Of a stretch of DNA of 64,000 bases, positions 1 through 15,489 are shown in pieces. Every line of letters begins with the position of its first letter. Position 1 is the stretch's first letter. Below the pieces are notes generated by a model, which worked only from the letters and a program-made list of their open reading frames with translations, had not been told where the DNA came from and did not search any database. Source of the DNA: the human T2T-CHM13v2.0 reference genome, Homo sapiens. Where the stretch lies: assembly GCF_009914755.1 (NCBI RefSeq), contig NC_060931.1, one strand, 5' to 3'. The translations under genes were made by a program, and so were the position numbers.

Positions 1-107
1 GTGCCCTGCCCCCAGAGGTGGAGCCTACAGAGGCAGGCAGGCCTCCTTGAGCTGTGGTGGGCTCCACCCAGTTCGAGCTGCTTTGTTTACCTAAGCAAAC
101 CTGGGCA

Positions 108-197
108 ATGGTGGGCGCCCCTCCCCCAGCCTCGCTGCCGCCTTGCAGTTTGATCTCAGACTGCTGTGCTAGCAATCAGCGAGACTCCGTGGGGTAG
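108..197 (+). pseudogene. ORF0: L1 ORF0, truncated by a frameshift
   Basis: ATG108 translates to MVGAPPPASLPPCSLISDCCASNQRDSVG*, matching the ORF0 N-terminus. GTGGGGTAG versus recalled consensus GTGGGCGTAG gives a stop at 195-197. Confidence 0.8.
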
Positions 198-537
198 GAC
201 CCTCCGAGCCAGGTGCCGGATATAATCTCGTGGTGCGCCTTTTTTTAAGCCCGTCGGAAAAGCGCAGTATTCGGGTGGGAGTGACCTAATTTTCCAGGTG
301 CCGTCTGTCACCCCTTTCTTTGATTAGGAAAGGGAACTCCCTGACCCCTTGCACTTCTCCAGTGAGGCAATGCCTCGCCCTGCTTCGGCTCGCGCACGGT
401 GCGCGCACCCACTGACCTGCGCCCACTGTCTGGCACTCCCTAGTGAGATGAACCCGGTACCTCAGATGGAAATGCAGAAATCACCCCTCTTCTGCGTCGC
501 TCAGGCTGGGAGCTGTAGACTGGAGCTGTTCCTATTC

Positions 538-547
538 GGCCATCTTG
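538..547 (-). promoter_or_regulatory. YY1 site of the L1 internal promoter
   Basis: CAAGATGGCC on the minus strand at the canonical position near the L1 5' end. Confidence 0.85.
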
Positions 548-555
548 GCTCCTCC

Positions 556-677
556 GAAAGCATAACTTTTATATGCACTGAGAAACCAAAAAATTGTGTG
601 ACTTGCTTTATTGTGATATTCCCTTTATTTCAGTGGTCTGGAATGGAACCCCTCACAATATCTCTGAGATATGCCTG
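556..677. mobile_element. Tigger1 terminal fragment, interrupted by the L1
   Basis: TTTTATATGCACTG..AAACCAAAAAATT..CAATATCTCTGAGATATGCCTG followed by TA. Confidence 0.85.
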
Positions 678-679
678 TA

Positions 680-1061
680 TTTCTGAGTGTGTCTATGTGG
701 GTATTTCCAGAAGAGATTAGCATTTGAATCACTAGACTGAGTAAAAAGGATCACTGCTGATGTAAGCAGGCATCCTCCAATTTGTTGAGAACCTGAACAG
801 AGCAAAAAGTCCGAGTAAGGACAAATTCTCTCTTTCTTCTTGAGTGAGGACATTTATCTTTTCCTGGGAAATCAAAGCTCTTGGTTCTCAGGCCTTTGGA
901 CTTGAACCGAATTATGCCACTGGTTTTCCTGGTTCTTCAGCTTGCAGATGGCATATTGTGGGATTTCACCTCCATAATCAGGTAAGCCAATTTCCATAAG
1001 TCTGCTCTTATATTTATAAATCTATATATTGGTTCCGTTTGTCTGGAGAACTCTACTAATA
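680..1061 (+). mobile_element. MLT2 (MLT2D-like) ERVL LTR, partial
   Basis: GAAGAGATTAGCATTTGAATC...CAGCTTGCAGATGGCA...TCTGGAGAACTCTACTAATA. Confidence 0.8.
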
Positions 1062-1064
1062 AAG

Positions 1065-3880
1065 TATCAAAATTTTGTGTATGTGTGTGTATGAATATCC
1101 AATTGTTCTAGTACCATTTGTTGGAAGCCTCTGTCTTCTCTACTGCATTGCCTTTGTAACTTTGTTGAAATTCAGTAGTTCATATATGTGTGGATATGGT
1201 TCTGGACTCTATTCTGTTCCACTCATCCATTTGTTTATCTATGTGCCAATAGTATACTCTCTATTACTGTAGTTTGATATGCCTAGAAATCATACAGAGT
1301 TAGCTTTTCTACTTTGTTCTTTCTACAAGTTGTTTTGGCTATTATAGGTCCTTTGCATTTACACATGAGTTTTAGACTTACCTTGTCTGCTTTTCCAAAA
1401 AAGCCTGCAGAGATTTTGATTGAAATTGCATTGAAACAATACAGTAGTCCCCCATTATCCATGGGTTTCCTTTCCTCAGTTTCAGTTACCCACAGTCATC
1501 TGAAGTCTGAAAATAAATGAGTGCAGTACAATAAAATATTTAGAGAGAGAGAGAACATTCACATAACCTTTATTACAGTATATTGTTATAATTGTTCTAT
1601 TTTATTATTTGTTGCTGTTGCTAATCTCTTACTGTGCCTAATTTATGAATTAAATGTTATTGTAAGTATGTATGTATAGGAAAAAACAGTGTATATTGGG
1701 TTCAGTACTATCTGAGGTTTCAGACATCCTCTGGGGTTCTTGGAACATATTCCTCACAAATAAGGGGGCACTAGTACAATTAAATTTGGGTATAATCAAT
1801 GTCTTAACAACCTTGAACCTTCAGACACATGGACTAAGCATATATTTTCTGTTTTAAAATCTTGTTGAATCTTTCTCAGTAATATTTTATACTATTCAGG
1901 GTACAGTTCTTACACATCTTTTGTTAGATTTATCCCTACTATAAATGATATTTTAAAAATTCAATTTCTGATTGTTCATTGCTAGTACATGAACATAGTA
2001 TAGATTTTAAGTATGTATCTTGATGCTGCAATCTTGCTAAACTCACTTAGATCTAATTGCCTTTTTGGTAGATTTTTCCAATCTGGATGCCTTTCATTTC
2101 TTTTTCTTGTCTACTGCAGTGGTTAGAACCTTTGGGATGATGTCGAATAAAAGTTGCAAGAGTGAACACTGTTGTCTTATTCCTGCTCTTATAGTAATTT
2201 TTTCAAAAGAAAGTACATGCCCTTAACCAGCTTGAAAACATTTTCATATATTCCTAATTGGCCAAGACATTTTCATACATACATATCATTAACAGATGTT
2301 GGATTTGTGACATGACTTTTCTGTGTCTATTGAGATAATCATATGGTTTTTCTTGTTCAGTTTTTTGACATGGTGAATGAATTTTTGCATGTTAAACCAA
2401 TCTTATACGTTTTTGGATAAGCTCCATTTGGTCATAATGTTATCTTTGTTATACATTGTTATAACAATATATTATGACAAAATATATCACATAATCGTAC
2501 TATGTAATATATTTCATATATTACTATTATAATATCTGTGATATATTATTCTCATTATATTTTCTGATTTTAAGAGTTTTTGCATCTATGGTCATAAGAT
2601 GTATATCTATCTATATCTATATCTGTGTAGTTTTTTTCTTTTAATATCTTTGTCTTTTTCAATTTTTTAATATTTTAAATTGGGGCAACACCTGCTTAAA
2701 TGTCTTAGTCCTCAGAGAATGAGAAGGAAGTATTGCCTCCTCTTTGGTTTTCTGGAATAGTTTGTGTAGAATTGTTATTATTTCCTCCTTAATATTTGGT
2801 GGAACTCATTAGTTAAGAAACTGTAGTTTATGGGAAGAAATTCAACTTTTACATTATAAAATAAATTTAACTTATTAGAACTACAAGTTAAAATTTTAAA
2901 ACTAGAAATTAAATTTCCTCAATAAATATACGGCTACTCAACCTATCTATTTCATCTTGAATGAGCTTGGCAGTCTGTGTCTTTCAAAGAGTTTATCCAT
3001 GTCATCTAAGTTTTCAAATTTATTGCTACAAAGTTTTTATCATCCTTTAAATATGTGTAAAATCTGTAGTGATGTCACCTCTTGTTTCTGATGTTGGTAA
3101 ATTTGTACCTTCTCTCTTTTTTTCCTGGTCAATCTAGCTATAAGTTTTTCAATTTTATCTTTTCAAAGAATTAGCTTTTGGTTTCTTTAATGTTCTCTCT
3201 TTTTTTGTTTTCTATTTCATTGATTTCCACTTTGATATTTGCTATTTTCTTTCATCTGCTTACTTTCGATTTAATTTGCTCTTCTTTCCCTGGTTTCTTA
3301 AGATAGACACTAAGGTCATTGATTTGAGAACTTTCTTCTTTTCTAATGTAAGCATTTAATGGTATTTCATGAATTTATTTATTTTTCCACCGCTACTGAG
3401 GCAAGATCCTTCTGAGTACTGTATGCATTGTCCATTTTCCAGTCTGTGGATTTCCAGTCTTTGGCTGGCAGGTACAGTCACTATTATGGTCCTGTGTTAT
3501 TACTGGGTTTCCTCTAATCTTTTCTGGTAATTTTTCCCACAGCCTCTGATAGTTTCCTCACATTCATGGACTGATTGCTACTCAGATGAAAACTCAACAA
3601 GGGTCCTCTGCAGCCCTCTCCTCTGCAGTACTCAATTCTGTGTGCTGTAGCCACCTTGTTCTCACTGGATTCTTATCTCCATCTCAAATCAAGGGATCTG
3701 CTGGGCTCCTCCGGGGCTCCCCCTTCCTTGGCTATAGCTTAGAAACTCCCAAGGCAGGACTTTGGGGCAATCATAGAGTTGACCTCATTTATTTCCTATC
3801 TCTCAGAGATTAGTATCCTTTGTTGTCTAACACTAAGTGTCTTGAATGTCATTGTTTCATATATTTTGTCTGTTTTGCTC
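1065..3880 (-). mobile_element. Old L1M, degenerate ORF2/5' relics
   Basis: Diverged antisense L1 ORF2 motifs, e.g. GATTTTGATTGAAATTGCATTGAA and TCTATTGAGATAATCATATGGTTTT. Confidence 0.75.
1442..1774. mobile_element. MER44A (Tigger-derived MITE)
   Basis: TIRs CAGTAGTCCCCC...GGGGGCACTAG, TA on both flanks, ~333 bp. Confidence 0.85.
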
Positions 3881-4545
3881 TGGTTGTTGGTTTTTTTTTT
3901 TTTTCTCTTTCTCTCTGTATGTGTATGTGTGCTGGGGGTGGAGGGTGAGATTTAGTTGCTTCATTTTGATCCTCATTTTCTCCTGATCCCACTCAAGGAA
4001 GGATTTTATTTTATTATTTTACCCATAACTGCTCTCGTCGAAGTCAATGATGACATTCCATTGTTAACTCTAATATTCATGTACTAATCCTCATAATACC
4101 AGAGCTATTAGTAGAAGTTGGCCTATTTGATCAAGCTGTTTTGAAACATTTCCTTCACCTGGCTTTCAGGACACTACATTTTATTTTGTTTTTCTCTGTC
4201 TTTCTGACTCTACTTTCTCAATTTATTTTCTGAATCATCCATATCATTTCCTGACCTTTACATATTGTAGTTCCTTGGAGCTCAGTTCTTAGATATCTTA
4301 TTTTTCTTCATTAACTTCCTCTCATCTAGTGTCATGACTTTAAATACCACCTCTGTACTTGTGGCTCCCAAATTTCTGTCTCTAGCCTGAACTCAAAACT
4401 TACATATCCATTTGTCTAACCAACATCTCCACCCGGATATTTAATTGGCATCTTACACTTAACATGTTTGAAATAAAATTCCCAAGATTCCTCCTCAAAC
4501 CTGATCCTCCTGCAGTCTTTCTCATCTCAGTAAAAGCCATTTCTG

Positions 4546-4857
<312 letters not shown>

Positions 4858-5247
4858 ATTCTGTCCTTCTAATTGTTTAAGCCAAAAACCATGGTTCTGT
4901 CCTTATTGTCTCCCTTTCTCTCACATTCTACATCTGATCTGATAGTACATCATTCGGCTTCATATTTAAATCTCTCTCCTAAACCTATTACTTCTTATTT
5001 ATCTCCACTGCCACCACCTGGGCTTAGCAATCATCATTTCCTGCCAGGATTGTTTCCATTATCTCCTTACTATTTCCCACTCTGCCTGTCTTCAGTCAGC
5101 AAAGCAGCCACAGTGATCCTGTCATCACAGTTTCCATGGTCAGATCGTGTCATTTTTCTGCTCAAAACCCTCCATGCTTCCCATCTTACTCAAAGTAAAA
5201 GAAGAGTTCTTATTATGACATACTCCCTACATGATCTGCTCTCTGCT

Positions 5248-5565
5248 GGTCTTAGTCTTCTCAGGTTACTATAACAGAATACCATAGACTGGGTAGCTTA
5301 AAAAACAGCATTTATTTCTCATAGTTCTGGAGGTTGGGAAGTCCAAGAACAAGAACAAATTGCCAACAGGTTTGACTCCTGGTGAGGGCTCCCTTCCTAG
5401 CTTCTTGCTGAGTCCTCACATGGAGGAGAGAGAGTTCTGGTCTCATTTTCTCTCCTTATAAGGACACTAGTTCCATCATGGGGTCTTACCTTCAAATATC
5501 ATTACATTGGTGTTTAGAGCTTCAACAGATAAATTTTGGGGGACACAATCATTTAGTCCATAGCA
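5248..5565 (-). mobile_element. MaLR LTR (MLT1A-like)
   Basis: CTATAACAGAATACCATAGACTGGGT...TTTTGGGGGACACA...TAGTCCATAGCA. Confidence 0.75.
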
Positions 5566-6119
5566 CTGGCCAACACCACACCTTCCCTCTTATCTCTCTG
5601 ACATAATCTATACATGCTTTATCTTCCTCATTCTGTTTAAGCTTGTCTGGTATCCTCACTGTCCTTGAATATAATAGGCATGATCCTATATCAGGGCCTT
5701 TGGACTTCCTATTTTTGTTGATTGGACTGCCTCCTCCCTGCCCCCAAGGAATCAATATGGCTCACACATTCTTTTCTTCATCCTCCTTTTCCCTTTTTGT
5801 TCTTCTCCTCAAAAGTCTTCCTAGAAAGGACTTCTCTCGTTACTTTATTTAAATTTTCACCCAACCAAATACCTTATCTCTATTCCCTGCTTTATTTATT
5901 TTCTTTTTAGCGTTTATCACTCTCTAACTTATGATGTATTTCACTTTTTAATTTTTTTTGTCTGCACCAACCACTAGAATGTGGTTGGTGGGGCCAGGCA
6001 CTCTTTTAGGTAGAAAGACTATAGCAAAGAATAAAATAGAAAAGTCTTTGCCTAGAAGAGTGCCTGACCCATAGTAGAAGCACAATGGATATTGATATCA
6101 AATGAATGGATTCTGTTTT

Positions 6120-6550
6120 TTCCTCAGAGAAGACCACTTTGATATGGGAGAATAGATTGTAGAGGGCTGTAGTGGAAGCAAGAGAAAAATTATTAACAGG
6201 AGTCCAGGTCAGAGGAGCAGTGGCTCAGGTTAGGCTTATAGCAATGGAGATAGTTGGATTCGAGGTTTATTTGGGAGGTAGAGTCAATCAGCCTTGCTTA
6301 AAGATGTTGAGAGGAAAGTGGTAATCATAGATGACACCTATATGTTCATCTTAAGCAATTGGCTAGAAAGTATTGCCATTTCTTAAGGTGAGGAAGATGG
6401 AGTCAGGAACTAATTTTCTGGGGCTGATAATTAAAAGTTCTATTTGATATTTTAAATTCGAGTTGCTGTTAAACATCATATAAAGCAACTGAAGAAAACA
6501 GTGTTCAAGATACAAATATGGGAATCATTGGTGTCTAGGTGAAAACTAAG
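6120..6550 (-). mobile_element. L2 fragment
   Basis: GGAGAATAGATTGTAGAGGG..GTGGAAGCAAGAGA..AGTCCAGG typical of antisense L2. Confidence 0.55.
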
Positions 6551-6589
6551 GACAGATTGTAGGTAGATATGACTAGAGGGCTACCTACA

Positions 6590-8000
6590 GTACACACTAA
6601 ATTGGCGTATATATTTGGGTACATGATTTGAGTCTATTTGAAGTCAATGATCTCTTTGTTTACCCACCAATACCACCTACAGTGGTTCATGTGACTCTAT
6701 AGAATGTTTGATACCTGGTATGGCAAGCTCCTGTTTGTTTAAAAAAAGTTGTCTTGACTATTTTTGCACTTTTCTTTCAGATGGGATTCCTTATCTACTT
6801 GTCAAGTTCCAAGGGAAAAATATTGAGGGGTTAATTTGAATTGCTTTGAATTTATTAACTTATTTGATGAGAATTGATGTCGTTACATGCAAGATCCTGG
6901 TATGTCAGGTTTTCTCTTACCTGAAAATCACTTTTCAGCATATTTGTACAATTCTTTTCAAGTCTTAATATTTCTGGGTATTTTTTTGGATGTCTTAGTT
7001 TTATCTCCATTTTGAATGGGCACAGTTTTGATTCCACTTTAAAATTGGACAGTTGCATATACATTAAAAAGATACAATTTGGGGGTAACTCCCTTATTAG
7101 AATTATTGACTCTAATAGTTTTCCAGGTAATTTTCTTGAAACATTTATATAATGTGAAAATAATAACTTTTAAAAGTTTCTTTTTAATTTTTTATACATC
7201 ATTTCTTTTTCTAAAATCTGTTTTCCCATTTCATTGGCTAGTAACAATAATAATAATAATAGGTTTCCTTGTATTTCCCGTCTTTGATGTGAATGCCTCC
7301 AACATTTCATCTTTGTGACTCTCTAAGTTAAGGATGTTTCCTTTTATTCCTACTTTACTGAGAGTTTTAAATTAGGAATATGTCAAATTTTTTTAAGGCT
7401 CTATCAGGACAATAATATTTTTCTTAATCTAGTAATTTATGAATGTAGTGACTACAGAAATAGAATTCTAAATGTTGAACCATCCTTATATTCCTTATAT
7501 AAAACATTACTGATCATAATGCATTCTTCTCTTAATAAATTATGATATTTAACCTAAAAATATGACATTAAACCATCCTTATATTCCTTATATAAAACAT
7601 TACTGATCATAACGCATTCTTCTCTTAATAAACTACAATGTTTAACCTAAAAATATGATGTTAAAACTTTTTAATAAGCTTGCTCTCTAGGTGTGTGTGT
7701 GCTGGATAGGGATGGTGTGATAACTGTGCTCTCCTTGGCTGATTTTGGCATCAGAATGAGATACAATAGCTTTTCTCTCTTCCTGTAAGTGAGGTGTTAA
7801 CTTTCTGTGTTTTCCTTCTGGTTTTGGAACGGGTTAGGTAACAACAAATATGCCTTTCTTTAGGTTTAATAAAACATGCTGTAAACATATCTGGGTATGT
7901 TTTCATTTTGAGAGTGTAGCTTGCCTAACTTCTACATTTCTTTTATGATTACTGGTATATTCATGTTATTTATGTTTTCTCCTTAATCTTGAATTGATTT
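6590..8000 (-). mobile_element. Highly diverged L1M ORF2 relic
   Basis: TCCTACTTTACTGAGAGTTTT, TGTTGAACCATCCTT and similar motifs. Confidence 0.6.
7478..7663. repeat. 93-bp tandem duplication (2 copies)
   Basis: AACCATCCTTATATTCCTTATATAAAACATTACTG... begins at 7478 and at 7571. Confidence 0.95.
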
Positions 8001-8107
8001 TGTTAAAATAACCCATCAATTTCAAATATATACTGTATTTTTGTTGGTATAAATTATCACATAATTAAATACATTGTAAATGTATTTAAAATTTTTTATT
8101 CTTTCAG

Positions 8108-8222
8108 ATATTTTATAATGCAACTTTATGTATTATTTGAATTTCATCATTCTATATTGAAAAAGAAAATGTTAAAAAAACTTCAAAATGAATTATATGC
8201 AAATGCTTGGCACATTTACTAT
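8108..8222 (+). other. Candidate exon of an unidentified gene
   Basis: ttttttattctttcag| ... |gtaagt; 38 open codons YFIMQLYVLFEFHHSILKKKMLKKLQNELYANAWHIYY in very AT-rich unique DNA. Confidence 0.35.
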
Positions 8223-9714
8223 GTAAGTTAGCTTACTATTACTTATTATTAAAATGTTATTGGACTAACTGAAGTAAAATATATATAGAAATGCCATGCA
8301 TTTAATTTAAATGGCATCTTTAGTATCTCCAGTTGCACAGTAGATTAGCACATGGTACTTATAAATGATATATTCATTTTATGCTATAAATTTAGAACTT
8401 CATTAGGGAGAGATCATGTCTTATTTGTTTTTACCAATCTAGCATGTAGCCCAAGTAAAATGCTCTTAGGTAATGTAGCTTAATGAAGGATTAAATGAAA
8501 AGTTTATTTCATGATTACTTATTAAAAGAAAAGCAAAGAAATACTTTTGTGTTTATTATAAAGTTTTAGGGTTTAAGTCTAACTACATTTCTTACATAAA
8601 CCACAAAAATTTACATCATTAAAATAATTAACACTATCAAAACTATTAATACTTTGGTAAAGTATAAACATTCATGGAGTGTACTTTTTAAATATGTGAG
8701 AGCAGCTAGGGCATTTGGGGACAGTGCTGATACAATTTCAACTGAAAAAATAACAATGTGTGTTACAATGAATACATTTGTGACTTTTGAAGATTTGACG
8801 TTTAAAATATTTGAAAAATTACAGAAAAATACCTGGTGGTTGTTATTTTATCTCTGACATAATAATTTAAAATATATTTGAAAAATTTTGTGGGTTGCAA
8901 TTTTTTTAGCAGTTATTTTTCTCAGTAAGTTATTTTCCAAAGTAACAAGTAGATGGCATTATATCACTATTCTTAACAGTATTATAATACAATTCTTAGC
9001 ATAATGATAATGCTCTAGAAACAAATTTCATCAAGTTGTTTTTTATCTTGAATTAGTCAGCAAAATGAACGGGTTTATTCTAATTAAATAGAGCTTAAGA
9101 TGACGATATTTTAAGAATATAATATGGCTTGTTGTTTCCTCAAAATAATTGTGTCACAAAATAATGGCTAAACATTAAATATTTATTAAGAAAAATAAAA
9201 CAACACGGGAATAAAATTTCCTGAATCACTTTGCACTTAACAATATGGTAAAATCTTAAGTTGTTCCTGAGTCTTGAGAAGAGATAATAGATAGTTAATT
9301 ATATTTCTTCAATAAATACAATGTCAAAATAGTGCATATGAATCTACATGTCAAAATAGTGATGACTGTAAGGATAATCATAATTGTTCCTTAAATTTTT
9401 ATGTCATTTATAAAATTTTCAGCCCATTAGCAACATATTATCTCATTACAAAAATGTGCTTAATCATATTAAATGCACCGAAATCATTAGAAAAATGATT
9501 CTCTGATTCTGTGGGGCCTTAGAAAGAAAGGCTCTCAATAAAAGACTTTTCTGTGTAGTTGGTTTTCCACAATTTAGCTGTGCATAAGTGCATTTTGAAA
9601 AGATGTATATACTTTGTATGAAAATGACTCTATGTAAGTTCACTAGAATGAAAAGGAAACATGCCCTCATTACAGGGAAAGTGAATACACCTGAGATTTG
9701 TTTGATAGTGATAT

Positions 9715-10250
9715 CCACTTCCTTCCTACCCTCACTCCCTCCTTAACCACTGACAACAATGAATCTGTTTTCCATTTCTACACTTTTGTCATTTCAAGGA
9801 TATTATATAAATGAATTCATACACTATATAATCTTTTGGCATTGGCATTTTTCACTCAGCACAATTCTCTGGAGATTTATTCATACCATTGTGTGGATTA
9901 ATAGTTTGTTCCTTTTTATTGTTGAGTAATATTCCATTGTACAAAGTACCACAATTTGCTTAACCGCACGTTTGTTGAAGGATATTGAGTTGTTTCTCAT
10001 TTTGGGTTATTATGCATAAAGATGCTGTAAACTTTTGTCTACAAATTTCACCTGTATGTTAATTTAGGAAGAACTGACAGCTTTACTATATTGCATCTTC
10101 TGATCTATGAACATGTAAGGTCTCTCCATTATTTCAGTATTCTTTGATTTCCTTCATTAATATTTGTAGTTTTCAGCATATAAGATCTGTACATATTTTG
10201 TTAGATATACAAGTAGATGTTTTATTTTGAACAATTAGAAATTGTATTTA
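9715..10250 (-). mobile_element. L1M (L1MB/MC-like) 3' UTR and ORF2 piece
   Basis: TTTTCACTCAGCACAATTCTCTGGAGATTTATTC...TTTTTATTGTTGAGTAATATTCCATTGT. Confidence 0.7.
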
Positions 10251-10254
10251 ATTA

Positions 10255-10950
10255 GAAATTTTTAAAATTTTTCGTTGGTACATAGTAGATGTATATATTT
10301 ATGGAGTACATGAGATATTTTGATATAGGCATACAGTGTGTGATAATCACATCAGGATAAATGGGATAGCCATCACCTCAAGCACTTAATCATTTCTTTC
10401 TGTTACAGACATTCCAATTATGCTCTTTTAGTTATTTAATAATGTACAATAAATTATTGTTGACTGTAGTCACTATGTTGTGTTATCAAATACTAGATCT
10501 TATTCATTCTAACTATACTTTTATAGCCACTAAACATCCTCACTTCTCTCCCTCTCCATCTGTTGATGGACACTTAGGTTGATTCCAAATCTTGGCTATT
10601 GTGAATTGTGCTGCAATAAACATGGGGGTGCAGATATCCCTTTGATATACTGATTTCCTTTCTTTGGGGTATATGTCTAGCAGTGAGATTGCTGGATCAT
10701 GTGGTAATTCTATTTTTAGTTTTTTAGGAACTACCAAACTGTTTTCCATAGTGACTGTACTAATATACATTGCCACCAACAGTGTAATAGGATTCTCTTT
10801 TCTCCATATCCTCGCTGGCTTTTGTTATTGCTTGTCTTTTGGATAAAAGCCATTTTAACTGGGGTGAGATGAGATCTCATTGTAGTTTTGATTTGCATTT
10901 CTATAGTGATCAATGATGTGGAGCACCTTTTCATATACCTGTTTGCCATT
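10255..10950 (-). mobile_element. L1MA (MA1-3-like) 3' end with an internal deletion
   Basis: GTACATAGTAGATGTATATATTTATGGAGTACATGAG 3' terminus; ORF2 C-terminal peptide in the ORF track (10540-10779). Confidence 0.85.
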
Positions 10951-10954
10951 TTTA

Positions 10955-15485
<4,531 letters not shown>

Positions 15486-15489
15486 CTGC

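Larger units (their letters stand above)
1..555 (-). mobile_element. 5' UTR of a young L1 (L1PA2-like); element continues off the left edge
   Basis: Reverse complement starts GGAGGAGCCAAGATGGCCGAATAGGAACAGCTCC, the L1PA1-3 5' end. CpG-rich. Likely TSD GAAAGCATAACTTTT at 556-570 (other copy outside the window). Confidence 0.95.

Noticed and set aside
100-555. CpG island of a cellular gene
   Set aside because: Fully explained by the L1 5' UTR.
349-720. 123-aa plus-strand ORF
   Set aside because: Antisense L1 5' UTR fused to Tigger1/MLT2 sequence; starts at TTG, not ATG.
4873-5274. 133-aa Leu/Ser/Pro-rich ORF
   Set aside because: Lies in a pyrimidine-rich L2 relic; compositional ORF.
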